In this document: positions 51,034-60,569 of the stretch, in pieces
Numbering within the stretch: position 1 is the stretch's first letter
Layout: every line of letters begins with the position of its first letter
Assembly: GCA_963783305.1 (NCBI GenBank)
Contig: CAWAMW010000007.1
Span: 128,001 to 192,000, forward strand
Source of the DNA: an uncultured Gemmatimonadales bacterium
GTDB lineage: Bacteria > Gemmatimonadota > Gemmatimonadetes > Longimicrobiales > RSA9
Length of the DNA stretch: 64,000 nucleotides
Direction: 5' to 3'
Translations under genes and position numbers: made by a program
The notes under the pieces: model-generated
Told to the model about the DNA's origin: nothing
The model's database searches: none
Seen by the model: only the letters and a program-made list of their open reading frames with translations

Positions 51034-52095
51034 ATGGAGCAGAAGAGGCGGATCCTGGTGGTCGAGGACGAGGCGCCGGTACGGGAGCTCATCGCCCGCC
51101 ACCTGGAGGGACGAGGCTACGAGGTGGCGCAGGCCTCCGATGCGGAGCAGGTCCTGCTCCGCATGTCCCGGGACCGTGAGCCCTTCGACCTGGTCCTGAC
51201 CGACATCCACCTTCCCGGCCTGTCGGGGGTGGAGCTGCTGCGACTGCTGTTGACGCACTCGCCCCTCCGTCCCGTCATCATGATCACCGGCGATTCCGAC
51301 GAAAAGCTGGCTCGCAAGGCGCTCAACTACGGCGCGGCCGGGTACCTGCTCAAGCCGTTCCAGCTCTTCGAGCTCGAGGCGGCCGTCCAGCAGGCGGTTT
51401 CGCGCCTCCAGCTGGTGGAAGCCGCGGAGTCTCTGGCCCGTTCCGATGCACGCGACCTCCCGGAGGCCGGCAGCCATGGGGGCGTGATTCCCACGGCCTG
51501 GCTCGAGCTGGCGGACCGGCGCTCCTCGGCGGGGCCCGGGCATGGCTACCGCGTGGCGCGGATAGTCGGATCCCTTGCCTCGGCGGTGGACGCCGAGATC
51601 GACCCGGCGGAGCGCAGCGCGCTCGACATGGCCGCCCGATCCCACGAGCTCGGCCGTTTGCTCGGTCCTGCCGCGAGTGCCGCGGAGCTCGCCAGCCGCA
51701 CGGCGCAGCTGCTCTACGACCTGGGCGTCGAGTCGCGCGTGCTGCGGGTGATCAATCACATGCGGGAGCGGTGGAACGGCAGCGGGGGGCCTCACGGCAT
51801 TGACGGGGAAGATATCCCCCTTGCCTCACGGCTCGTCGCTCTGGCGGACGCGGTGGACCACGCGGCGGTCGTCCACCTGGACTCGGGGCTCGACCCGGCG
51901 GCCGCCGTGGAGGCCGCCGTGACCGAGGTCCAGTCGAACGCCGAGCTCGCCTACGGCCCGCAGGTGGCCAATGCGCTGGTGACCGCGAGCAGTGTCGTGG
52001 AGGCGATCTGGGTGCTGGCGCGAGGGCCGGCGGAAGACAGCTTCGGGGCCGCCGAAAGCAGGGCTCTGGTGAGCCCGGAGGGGTTCCCCGCCTGA
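51034..52095 (+). CDS. Response regulator with degenerate HD-GYP-like domain
   Basis: REC (VVEDE, TDIHLP, LKP); output domain has SHELG and HMRERWNGSGGP in place of HD and HHExWDGxGYP. Confidence 0.8.
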   Translation: MEQKRRILVVEDEAPVRELIARHLEGRGYEVAQASDAEQVLLRMSRDREPFDLVLTDIHLPGLSGVELLRLLLTHSPLRPVIMITGDSDEKLARKALNYGAAGYLLKPFQLFELEAAVQQAVSRLQLVEAAESLARSDARDLPEAGSHGGVIPTAWLELADRRSSAGPGHGYRVARIVGSLASAVDAEIDPAERSALDMAARSHELGRLLGPAASAAELASRTAQLLYDLGVESRVLRVINHMRERWNGSGGPHGIDGEDIPLASRLVALADAVDHAAVVHLDSGLDPAAAVEAAVTEVQSNAELAYGPQVANALVTASSVVEAIWVLARGPAEDSFGAAESRALVSPEGFPA

Positions 52096-52126
52096 GCACC
52101 CGCCGACGGCCGGACCGGGTTTGCGC

Positions 52127-54178
52127 CTACCGCGCGGACCCGCTCCCGGCCGGTGCGGCGGCCTGCCGGTACCGTTCCACGTAATCGATCACCATCCGCT
52201 GTGTGCTGAAGACGGGCCCCAGCTGCCGGATGCTCTGGCACATACGGGCGACCCATCCCTGGGGAACATGCCCCTCGTCCCGATCGTAGAAGAGCGGCAC
52301 CACTTCGTTCTCGAGTATCCGAAAGAGCGCTTCCGCGTCCTTCCGGTCGCCGTCGCTGTCGGCGGCATCTGTACCCTCACCGATGGCCCAGCCGGGGTCG
52401 GGTGCACCGGCGTCGCGATCCCGCCACGCCTCCTGCCACCAGCCGTCGAGAATGCTCACGTTGAGCACACCGTTCATCGCCGCCTTCATTCCGCTCGTCC
52501 CGCTCGCCTCCATGGGCCGGCGCGGGTTGTTGAGCCACACGTCGGCGCCCTGGACCAGATGGCGGGCCACGTCGATCCCGTACCCGGGGAGGAACACGAT
52601 CCGGTTCCGGAACCGCTCTTCGCGGGACACCTGGCCGATCCTGTGGATCAGCGCCTTTCCTCCCTCGTCCCTGGGGTGCGCCTTGCCGGAGAAGATCAGC
52701 TGGACGGGCCGCTGACTGTCGCCGAGCAGGCGCGCGAGCCGATCCAGGTCGCTCAGCAGCAGCGTCGCCCTCTTGTAGGTGGCGAAGCGCCGGGCGAACG
52801 CGATGGTGAGCGCTTTCGGGCTCAGTGTGGCACCCACGGTCCGGGCCACATACTCGACCAGCGAGGCGCGCCGCGCTTCGTGAATGCGCCAGAGCTTCGC
52901 CCCGTCGGGCGCCGGAGGGGCGGCATCCACACCGATCCGGTCCAGCGGCACGCCGAACGTGGCGGCCACCGCCGGGTGGACCCACGAGGGAGGGTGGATG
53001 CCATTGGTGATATGGTCGATAGGCACGTCGTCCACGGACCGGTCGGGCCAAAGGTGCTGCCACATCTCCCGCGAGACCGCACCGTGGAGGGCGCTCACGC
53101 CGTTCGTGCGAACCGCCAGGCGCAGCGCGAGCACGGTCATGGTGAACGGGTCGTCGGAGCCGGGCTCCTCACGGCCCAACTCCATCAGCTGGTCGATATC
53201 GAGTCCCAGCGCGTGCGCCATCGGGGTCAGCGTCTCGGCGATGAGGGCGCGTGAGAACCGGTCGTGGCCCGCTGGCACCGGTGTGTGCGTGGTGAAGACG
53301 CAGCGCGACCGGGCGGCCTCCCTGGCCTCCTCGAACGACAGCGCCTCGCCCTGCATGAGATCGCGGATCAGCTCCAGCCCGAGAAACGCGGAGTGCCCCT
53401 CGTTCATGTGGAATGCACGCGGGCTCAGCCCGAGCTCCGCCAGTGCGCGATACCCACCGATCCCCAGGAGCAGCTCCTGCGCGATCCGCATCTCCGGGCC
53501 GCCGCCGTACAGACGGGACGTGATGCCGCGATCATCGTGGGAGTTCTCAGGCACGTCCGTGTCCAGCAGGTAGAGCGCGATGCGCCCCACGTCCACGCGC
53601 CACACGCGCGCCTGCAGCTGCCGTCCGGGGAAGGGGACCGACACCCGCAGGGGCGACCCATCGGAGCGCGTCACCGGGCGGGCCGGAACGTCATCGAAAT
53701 CCGCGGCCGGGAAGCCCTCCACCTGTCGTCCCTGGCTGTCCACCGTCTGCTGGAAGTACCCCTCCCGGTACAGCAGGCCCACGCCCACCAGCGGGACACC
53801 CAGGTCGCTGGCTGACTTCAGGTGGTCGCCCGCGAGCACGCCCAGGCCCCCGGAGTAGATCCGGAGCGACTCGGTGATACCGAATTCGGCGGAGAAGTAG
53901 GCAACCAGCGGGCGCCCGCCGTCGGCGTCCCCGTCGTACCAGGTATCGGTGCTCTGCCGGTACCGCTCCAGGTCTGCGTGGATCGATTCGATCGTCTCCG
54001 CCAGTTCGTCGCGCCCGTTCACCGCACCCGGGTCGAGCCGCCGCAGCAGCGCCACGGGGTTATGGCCCACCCGCTCCCAGAGATCGGGGTCCAGGGCACG
54101 GAAGAGCTTGCGGCTCGGGCTGTGCCACGCCCAACGGAGGTTGTAGGCGATATCCTGCAGTCGCGCGTACGGCGTCAT
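52127..54178 (-). CDS. glgP: Alpha-glucan (glycogen) phosphorylase
   Basis: AYFSAEFG, YSGGLGVLAGDH, HMNEGH, FARRFATYKRA, EASGTSGMKA (PLP lysine). Confidence 0.95.
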   Translation of the reverse strand: MTPYARLQDIAYNLRWAWHSPSRKLFRALDPDLWERVGHNPVALLRRLDPGAVNGRDELAETIESIHADLERYRQSTDTWYDGDADGGRPLVAYFSAEFGITESLRIYSGGLGVLAGDHLKSASDLGVPLVGVGLLYREGYFQQTVDSQGRQVEGFPAADFDDVPARPVTRSDGSPLRVSVPFPGRQLQARVWRVDVGRIALYLLDTDVPENSHDDRGITSRLYGGGPEMRIAQELLLGIGGYRALAELGLSPRAFHMNEGHSAFLGLELIRDLMQGEALSFEEAREAARSRCVFTTHTPVPAGHDRFSRALIAETLTPMAHALGLDIDQLMELGREEPGSDDPFTMTVLALRLAVRTNGVSALHGAVSREMWQHLWPDRSVDDVPIDHITNGIHPPSWVHPAVAATFGVPLDRIGVDAAPPAPDGAKLWRIHEARRASLVEYVARTVGATLSPKALTIAFARRFATYKRATLLLSDLDRLARLLGDSQRPVQLIFSGKAHPRDEGGKALIHRIGQVSREERFRNRIVFLPGYGIDVARHLVQGADVWLNNPRRPMEASGTSGMKAAMNGVLNVSILDGWWQEAWRDRDAGAPDPGWAIGEGTDAADSDGDRKDAEALFRILENEVVPLFYDRDEGHVPQGWVARMCQSIRQLGPVFSTQRMVIDYVERYRQAAAPAGSGSAR

Positions 54179-54299
54179 GGTAAGGGACGTCCCTTTCTTG
54201 CATCCATTTCTTGGCTCCGGAAGGGCCGGAAGTTAGAACGCCGGGTGGGGCCTGCAAAGCCCCCCCCGCCGAGGGTCACGGTTTACCACACGCTCAGTC

Positions 54300-55697
54300 A
54301 TGATCTTCCATCGATTCGAGGACGACGGTCTCGCCCACTTCTCCTATGTCGTCGGCTGCGAGCGCAGGGGGGAGGTGGTGATCGTGGACCCGCGCCGCGA
54401 CATCGATCCCTATCTGACCTTCGCCGCCGAGCACGGGCTGCGGATCGCCCTCGTCACCGAGACCCACATCCACGCCGACTACGCTTCCGGCGCCGCCGAG
54501 CTGGCCCGCCGAGCGGGAGCGGAGCTGCACCTCTCGGCCTACGACTCGGGCGAGCGCTACGAGGTCGCCTACCCCCACCGAAAGCTCCACGACGGCGATG
54601 AGCTCCGGCTCGGAGCCGTACGCCTCCGGGCGGTTCACACGCCGGGGCACACCCCCGAGCACATCGCGTTCCTCATCTACGACGACGATGGCGGCGCTAC
54701 CCGGCCCGTCCGCTTCCTCACCGGAGATTTCCTCTTCATCGGCTCCGTCGGCCGGCCCGACCTGCTCGGTGAGGAGGCCAAGCGGGAGCTGGCGCACGCG
54801 CTCCACGACTCGATCCGACGGGTGGTCCCGCCGCTTCCCGACAACGTGCTGATCCACCCGGCGCACGGCTCCGGGTCCATGTGCGGCGGTGGCATGAGCC
54901 GCACGCCGGAGCGGCGCCTGGGACAGGAGCGGGAGGAGAACCCTTTCCTGGACCCGCGCCTCGGTCGGCAGGAGTTCGTGGAGCGGCTGCTGGAGACGCT
55001 GCCGCCGTATCCCGATTATTACCTGCGGATGAAGGACCGCAACGCGGGCGGCCCGGGGTTCGAACGCCCCTGGCCGCAGCCCGTGGCCCTCGATCCCGAG
55101 CCGTTCGCGGACCGCGTCGAGGCCGGTGCGCTGGTGGTGGACACGCGCCACCAGCTGGCCTTCGGCGGCGGGCATGTCCCGGACGCCTTCGGCATCGGTC
55201 TCGATCCGGACCTCAGCACATGGGCGGGGTGGGTGGTCCCGTACGATCGGCCGCTCCTGCTGGTGATCGAGTCCGAGGAGGACGTTCCGGATGCGGTCAC
55301 CCGTCTGGCCCGGGTGGGGCTGGACCGCGTGGAGGGGTACCTCGCCGGAGGCATGGAGCGGTGGATCGCCGCTGCCGGAAGCCTCGAGAGTGTGACGCAG
55401 TGGACGCCCCGCGCGCTCCGCGCCCGCCTGGACGACGGGGTGACGGTCCTGGATGTGCGCACGAAGGAGGAGTGGGAGGAAGGCCACATCCCGGGCGCGA
55501 TCCATATCATGGGCGGTCGGCTCCAGGACGAGCTGGGCCGGCTGCCGGAGACCGATGGGGAGATCGCCGTGATCTGCGGGACCGGGTACCGTTCCACGGT
55601 GGCCGTGAGCGTTCTGGAGCGGAACGGCTTCACCCGCATTCGGAACGTACCCGGAGGCATGACGGCGTGGGAGGCGGCGGGTCTGCCCACCGATTGA
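54300..55697 (+). CDS. MBL-fold persulfide dioxygenase-like domain fused to two rhodanese domains (CstB-like)
   Basis: ETHIHADY, HTPGHTPEH, TGDFLFIGSVGRPDL, PAHGSGSMCG; C-terminal GHIPGA..CGTGYRS. Confidence 0.87.
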   Translation: MIFHRFEDDGLAHFSYVVGCERRGEVVIVDPRRDIDPYLTFAAEHGLRIALVTETHIHADYASGAAELARRAGAELHLSAYDSGERYEVAYPHRKLHDGDELRLGAVRLRAVHTPGHTPEHIAFLIYDDDGGATRPVRFLTGDFLFIGSVGRPDLLGEEAKRELAHALHDSIRRVVPPLPDNVLIHPAHGSGSMCGGGMSRTPERRLGQEREENPFLDPRLGRQEFVERLLETLPPYPDYYLRMKDRNAGGPGFERPWPQPVALDPEPFADRVEAGALVVDTRHQLAFGGGHVPDAFGIGLDPDLSTWAGWVVPYDRPLLLVIESEEDVPDAVTRLARVGLDRVEGYLAGGMERWIAAAGSLESVTQWTPRALRARLDDGVTVLDVRTKEEWEEGHIPGAIHIMGGRLQDELGRLPETDGEIAVICGTGYRSTVAVSVLERNGFTRIRNVPGGMTAWEAAGLPTD

Positions 55698-55722
55698 CGG
55701 GGCAGGCGCTGCCGTGTATGGT
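55694..55722 (+). promoter_or_regulatory. Sigma70-type promoter of the thrS leader
   Basis: TTGACG-17 nt-TATGGT; predicted start site falls on or beside ATG 55728. Confidence 0.65.
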
Positions 55723-55727
55723 TGGGC

Positions 55728-55808
55728 ATGCGTCAGCGAACGACCATCCGGGCCTCGACCACGACCTCCCGCGCCGCGAGAGGACGGCCCGCCGGAGTCC
55801 GGGCGTAA
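55728..55808 (+). CDS. Putative Thr-rich leader peptide MRQRTTIRASTTTSRAARGRPAGVRA (26 aa)
   Basis: ATG 55728 to TAA 55806-55808; 5 Thr codons within codons 5-13; upstream of a terminator hairpin and thrS. Confidence 0.7.
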   Translation: MRQRTTIRASTTTSRAARGRPAGVRA

Positions 55809-55831
55809 GCAGCCACCGGACCCATGGCACG

Positions 55832-55870
55832 GACGGCCTCTCCGGATTCGGAGGGGCCGTCGTCTTTATT
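55832..55870 (+). terminator. Leader terminator (attenuator) upstream of thrS
   Basis: 13-bp stem GACGGCCTCTCCG-GATT-CGGAGGGGCCGTC (one G-U), then GTCTTTATT. Confidence 0.72.
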
Positions 55871-55888
55871 ACCGAGAGCGGAACGGAC

Positions 55889-57850
55889 ATGGCAGGATCG
55901 AACGGGACCGACATGATCGAGGTGACACTCCCCGATGGGAGCGTGAAAGAGCTGCCGCGGGGCGCCACGCCGCTGGACGTGGCCCGGGAGATCGGACCGG
56001 GGCTGGCCAAGGCGGCGCTGGCGGCCAGGATCGATGGGGAGGTGGTGGACATCCACCGGCCCATCGAGCACGATGCGTCGCTCGAGATCATCACCCGCAA
56101 GAGCCCGGAGGCCGTCGACGTCCTCCGGCACTCGGCCGCTCACGTCCTCGCCACAGCCGTTCGGAAGGTGCGGCCGGGAGCCGGGATCGGCTTTGGCCCC
56201 GCCATCGAGCACGGCTTCTACTACGACTTCGAGGTGGATGAGCCGTTCACTCCGGATGAGCTGGAGCGCATCGAGGACGAGATGCGGAAGGTGGCGGCGG
56301 CGGAAGACGAGTTCGAGCGCCGGGTCGTCTCACGGGAGGAGGCGCGCGAGCTCTTCGCCGACGATCCCCTGAAGCTGGAGCGACTCGAGGAGTTCGCCGA
56401 GGACGAGGTCATCAGCGTCTACCGGAACGGTTCCTTCGTGGACCTCTGCCGTGGGCCGCACGTGCCGAGCACCGCGCTCGTCCAGCACTTCAAGCTGCTG
56501 AACACCGCCGGCGCGTACTGGCGCGGGGATGAGAACCGGCAGATGCTCCAGCGCATCTACGGCACCGCCTGGCTCTCCGAGAAGGAGCTGGAGGAGCACC
56601 TCCACCGGCTCGAGGAGGCTCGCAAGCGGGATCACCGGAAGCTCGGTAAGCAACTCGACCTGTTTCTCTTCCACCCCTGGTCCCCCGGGTCGCCGTTCTG
56701 GACCGATCGGGGCACCACGATCTACCAGGAGCTGGTCGACTGGATGCGCGGCGTTCTCCAGAAGAACGACTACCAGCTCGTGAAGACGCCGCTCCTCTAC
56801 AACAAGTCGCTCTGGGAGCTCTCGGGCCACTGGGGGAAGTACCAGGACAACATGTTCCTCGTGCTCGACAGCGAGTCGGGCGAGCACGACTTCGGGCTCA
56901 AGCCCATGAACTGCCCGTCGCACCACCTGCTCTACGACTCGTCGCACCACAGCTACCGCGACCTGCCGCTCCGCTTCGCCACCCAGGACGTCCTGCACCG
57001 GAACGAGGTCTCCGGGGCGCTCGGCGGCCTCACGCGGGTCCGGCAGTTCCAGCAGGATGACGCCCACGTGTACCTCGCCGAGGACCAGGTGCCGGCCGAG
57101 GTGCAGCGCATGGTCGATCTGGTGGACTACTTCTACGGCGCCCTCGGACTCGAGTACACCGCCAAGTTCGCCACCCGCCCCGAACAGCGCATCGGCTCCG
57201 ACGAGATGTGGGACCGCGCCGAGTCATCGCTCCGTGAGGCGCTGGAAGCCACCGGCATGGAGTACGAGCTGAAGGAAGGCGATGGCGCCTTCTACGGCCC
57301 CAAGATCGATTTCGACGTCGTGGACGCCCTCGGCCGCGAGTGGCAGCTGGGGACCATCCAGCTCGATTACGCCGCGCCCGAGCGATTCGACCTGAAGTAC
57401 ACGGGCGAGGACAACTCAGAGCACCGGCCGGTGGTGATCCACCGTGCCATTTTCGGCTCGTTCGAGCGCTTCATCGCCATCCTCATCGAGCACTTCGCGG
57501 GCGCGTTCCCGCTCTGGCTGGCTCCGGAGCAGGTGCGCGTGCTGCCCATCACCGACGACCAGGCGGAGGATGCCGCCCGGCTCGTCGACCGGCTCCGGGA
57601 TCGCGGCATCCGTGCGTCGCTGGACGACCGCTCGGAGACGCTCGGCTACCGCATCCGGGACGGTGAGACCATGAAGGTGCCGTACATGGCCGTGGTGGGT
57701 GAGCGCGAGGTCGAGGGCGGGACCGTCGCCGTGCGGAAGCAGGGCGGCGGTCGGAAGCAGGAGGTGATCGGCCGGGACGAGTTCGTCGACCGGTTGGCGG
57801 CGGAGATCGAGGAGCGGCGGCTGGCGGCGGGGGGAGCGGGCGGGGGGTGA
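55889..57850 (+). CDS. thrS: Threonine--tRNA ligase
   Basis: TGS domain, RHSAAHVLA, DLCRGPH, RDHRKLG, KPMNCPSH, RVRQFQQDDAH, GAFYGPKID, HRAIFGSFERF. Confidence 0.97.
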   Translation: MAGSNGTDMIEVTLPDGSVKELPRGATPLDVAREIGPGLAKAALAARIDGEVVDIHRPIEHDASLEIITRKSPEAVDVLRHSAAHVLATAVRKVRPGAGIGFGPAIEHGFYYDFEVDEPFTPDELERIEDEMRKVAAAEDEFERRVVSREEARELFADDPLKLERLEEFAEDEVISVYRNGSFVDLCRGPHVPSTALVQHFKLLNTAGAYWRGDENRQMLQRIYGTAWLSEKELEEHLHRLEEARKRDHRKLGKQLDLFLFHPWSPGSPFWTDRGTTIYQELVDWMRGVLQKNDYQLVKTPLLYNKSLWELSGHWGKYQDNMFLVLDSESGEHDFGLKPMNCPSHHLLYDSSHHSYRDLPLRFATQDVLHRNEVSGALGGLTRVRQFQQDDAHVYLAEDQVPAEVQRMVDLVDYFYGALGLEYTAKFATRPEQRIGSDEMWDRAESSLREALEATGMEYELKEGDGAFYGPKIDFDVVDALGREWQLGTIQLDYAAPERFDLKYTGEDNSEHRPVVIHRAIFGSFERFIAILIEHFAGAFPLWLAPEQVRVLPITDDQAEDAARLVDRLRDRGIRASLDDRSETLGYRIRDGETMKVPYMAVVGEREVEGGTVAVRKQGGGRKQEVIGRDEFVDRLAAEIEERRLAAGGAGGG

Positions 57851-58043
57851 CGTCGGCGGGGTCGAGGGTCGATCCCTGCGGTCGCTGCCGCTCCCTGCGG
57901 AACCCGCTGGCGCGGGGGGTCGATCGCCGCGCAGCGCGCGGCGATCGCGCAAAGCGCGGCGTCGAAGAGACGTGACGGGGCAGGCGCGTGGGTATCGCCG
58001 CTGCGGCTGTCGGCACAATGCCGCAAGAGACGGAGCCGAGCGG

Positions 58044-58148
58044 AGATCGATAGCGAGGCCGAAGGCCGAGCGTTCGATAGCGAGCGAAGCGACGCGTTCC
58101 ATAGGGAGCGCAGCGACCGTTCGATAGCGAGCGCAGCGAGCGGTCGCC
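58044..58148. repeat. Dispersed ~105-bp intergenic repeat, copy B
   Basis: Near-identical to 50831-50936, same orientation. Confidence 0.9.
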
Positions 58149-58168
58149 CTCCCGGCGCCCCCTCGGTG

Positions 58169-58197
58169 TTGACCGCCGGCCCGCCCGCCCTTACATT
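58169..58197 (+). promoter_or_regulatory. Sigma70-type promoter of infC-rpmI-rplT
   Basis: TTGACC-17 nt-TACATT. Confidence 0.65.
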
Positions 58198-58317
58198 CCC
58201 GGTCGACAATGTGGCAAGTGAGGGCCGATTGCCGGCGCCTCCACCTTCTGGTCCGCTCAGCGGTACCGCCGGGTTTCCATGGCAATGCACCGCCCGAAGG
58301 GGGCCGGGGCATGCGTT

Positions 58318-58344
58318 GGGCCCGCGATAAGCGGGTCCTTTTTT
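58318..58344 (+). terminator. Leader terminator upstream of infC
   Basis: GGGCCCGC-GATAA-GCGGGTCC followed by T6, between the promoter and the infC SD. Confidence 0.7.
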
Positions 58345-58369
58345 CTGGCCGTAAAACGGAGAACGAGCG

Positions 58370-58894
58370 ATCGCCACAGAAAAGCGAGTCCGTGTGAACC
58401 GTCAGATCCGGATCAGCCCGGTGCGGGTGATCGGAGACGACGGGGAACAGCTGGGCATCATGCCGGTGGAAGAGGCCATTGAGGCCGCGGAAGAGAAGGG
58501 TCTGGATCTGGTGGAAGTGGCACCGGACTCTCGCCCGCCGGTCGTCCGGATCATGGATCACGGGAAGTACAAGTACGAGCAGGCGCGGAAGGCGCGTCAC
58601 GCCAAGAAGAAGCAGCACAACGTGCACCTCAAGGAGGTGAAGTTCCGCCCGGGGATCGAGGCGCACGACATGGAGTTCAAGCTGCGACACGCCCGCCGGT
58701 TCCTCGAGGAGGGGAACAAGGTGAAGGCCACCATGATGTTCCGTGGCCGGCAGATGGCGCATCCGGAGCTGGGCCGTGAAGTGCTGCAGCAGGTGGCGAC
58801 GGAACTGGAGGACGTGAGCAAGGTCGAGAGCCGGCCTACGCTCGAGGGCCGGAACATGATCATGGTCCTGGTGCCGACGAAGAAGCAGGTATAG
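58370..58894 (+). CDS. infC: Translation initiation factor IF-3, probable ATC start
   Basis: [46 protein letters not shown] at 58358-58361 precedes in-frame ATC 58370. Confidence 0.95.
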   Translation: MATEKRVRVNRQIRISPVRVIGDDGEQLGIMPVEEAIEAAEEKGLDLVEVAPDSRPPVVRIMDHGKYKYEQARKARHAKKKQHNVHLKEVKFRPGIEAHDMEFKLRHARRFLEEGNKVKATMMFRGRQMAHPELGREVLQQVATELEDVSKVESRPTLEGRNMIMVLVPTKKQV

Positions 58895-58905
58895 AGGGGG
58901 ATCGA

Positions 58906-59100
58906 ATGCCGAAAATGAAGACGAACAAGGGCGCGGCGAAGCGCCTGAAGAAGACGGGGTCGGGGAAGCTGAAGCGGGGGAAGCAGAACCGCCGGCACAT
59001 CCTGACGAAGAAGACGCCGAAGCGGAAGCGCCAGCTGCGCAAGGACGGGCTGGTGTCGAAGGCGGACGAGAAGCGCATGAATCGCCTGCTGAACGGGTAG
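58906..59100 (+). CDS. rpmI: 50S ribosomal protein L35
   Basis: [20 protein letters not shown]. Confidence 0.97.
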   Translation: MPKMKTNKGAAKRLKKTGSGKLKRGKQNRRHILTKKTPKRKRQLRKDGLVSKADEKRMNRLLNG

Positions 59101-59106
59101 AATACG

Positions 59107-59463
59107 ATGCCGAGAGCAACGAGTGCGGTGGCGCGGCACCGCAAGAAGAAGAAGTACTTCCGTGCGGCCCGCGGCTATTTCGGGGGCCGGTCGAAGCTGT
59201 GGCGGATCGCGAAGAACGCGGTCGAGCGTGGCTGGCAGTATTCCTACCGGGACCGCAAGAACAAGAAGCGGACGTTCCGGCGGCTGTGGATTGCGCGGAT
59301 CAACGCGGCGGCCCGGCAGCACGACATGAGCTACAGCCGGATGATCCACGGTCTCAAGCTGGCCGGTGTGGAGGTCAACCGTAAGGTGCTGGCGGATCTG
59401 GCCGTGCGTGAGCCGGAGGCGTTTGGAGCCCTCGTCGAGCAGGCCAAGGGGCAGCTGGACTAG
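59107..59463 (+). CDS. rplT: 50S ribosomal protein L20
   Basis: [38 protein letters not shown]. Confidence 0.97.
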   Translation: MPRATSAVARHRKKKKYFRAARGYFGGRSKLWRIAKNAVERGWQYSYRDRKNKKRTFRRLWIARINAAARQHDMSYSRMIHGLKLAGVEVNRKVLADLAVREPEAFGALVEQAKGQLD

Positions 59464-59546
59464 TTGCGAACGTCGGTCAAGCGCGGCACCTTCGCCCCTC
59501 GGCCCGAGCATCGGACCGGGGGGCGATCCATTTCAGGGAACGAGGC

Positions 59547-60569
59547 ATGGCGAGCGATCTGATCCAGGAGCTGGAAGAGCTCGAGGCACACGCACGTGAG
59601 CGCGTGAGGCAGGTGGAGACGCCGGACCAGCTGGAGGCGCTGCGGGTCGAGCTTCTCGGCCGCAAGGACGGGCGGCTCACGGCCGTCCTGCGCGGACTGG
59701 GCGGCCTCACGCCCGAGGAGCGCCCCGCGGTGGGGAAGAAGAGCAATGAGGTAAAGGGCGCGGTGACGACGCTGCTCGAGGAGCGGGAGCGGGAGCTCTC
59801 CACCGGGCCGGCCGGCGCCGATGTCGACCTCACGCTGCCCGGCCGCAGGCAGTGGCAGGGGGGGCTCCACCCGGTCACGCAGGTGATCGACGAGATCCAC
59901 GGGATCTTCCGTGATCTGGGCTTCGTGCGGGCGCGGGGCCCTGAAGCGGAAACCGACTGGCACAACTTCGAGGCGCTCAACACGCCACTCGACCACCCGG
60001 CCGCGGCGCCCGGTGACACGTTCTACCTGGACGACGGGATCCTCCTGCGCAGCCACACTTCGCCCGTGCAGGTGCGGACCATGATGGCGCACGAGCCGCC
60101 CATCCGTATCCTCGCCCCGGGGCTCGTGTACCGGCGCGACCCGTGGGACCCGTCCCATGCCCCGGCGTTCGAGCAGATCGAGGGGCTGGTGGTGGACGAG
60201 GGCATCACCATGGTGGATCTCAAGGCGACTCTCGCCGAGTTTGCGCGCCGGCTTTTCGGCAGCGACACGCGGACCCGCTTCCGGCCGTCCTTCTTCCCCT
60301 TCACCGAGCCGAGCGCGGAAGTGGACGTCACGTGTGCTATCTGTCATGGCGCGGGCTGCAGCACGTGCAAGGGGACGGGCTGGCTGGAGATCATGGGCGC
60401 CGGCATGGTGGATCCGGCCGTGTTCGAAGCCGTGGGATACGACCCGGAGCGCTACACCGGGTTCGCGTTCGGCATGGGCCCCGGCCGGATCGCCATGCTC
60501 GCGTTCGGCGTGCCCGACATCCGCATGTGGTATGAGGGCGACACCCGTTTCCTGGAGCAGTTCGCATGA
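59547..60569 (+). CDS. pheS: Phenylalanine--tRNA ligase alpha subunit
   Basis: GGLHP, NFEALN, LRSHTSPVQ, FRPSFFPFTEPSAE, GFAFGMG. Confidence 0.96.
   Translation: MASDLIQELEELEAHARERVRQVETPDQLEALRVELLGRKDGRLTAVLRGLGGLTPEERPAVGKKSNEVKGAVTTLLEERERELSTGPAGADVDLTLPGRRQWQGGLHPVTQVIDEIHGIFRDLGFVRARGPEAETDWHNFEALNTPLDHPAAAPGDTFYLDDGILLRSHTSPVQVRTMMAHEPPIRILAPGLVYRRDPWDPSHAPAFEQIEGLVVDEGITMVDLKATLAEFARRLFGSDTRTRFRPSFFPFTEPSAEVDVTCAICHGAGCSTCKGTGWLEIMGAGMVDPAVFEAVGYDPERYTGFAFGMGPGRIAMLAFGVPDIRMWYEGDTRFLEQFA

Noticed and set aside
59464..59546. pheM-type leader peptide
   Set aside because: The gap is short, with no Phe-codon cluster or terminator.
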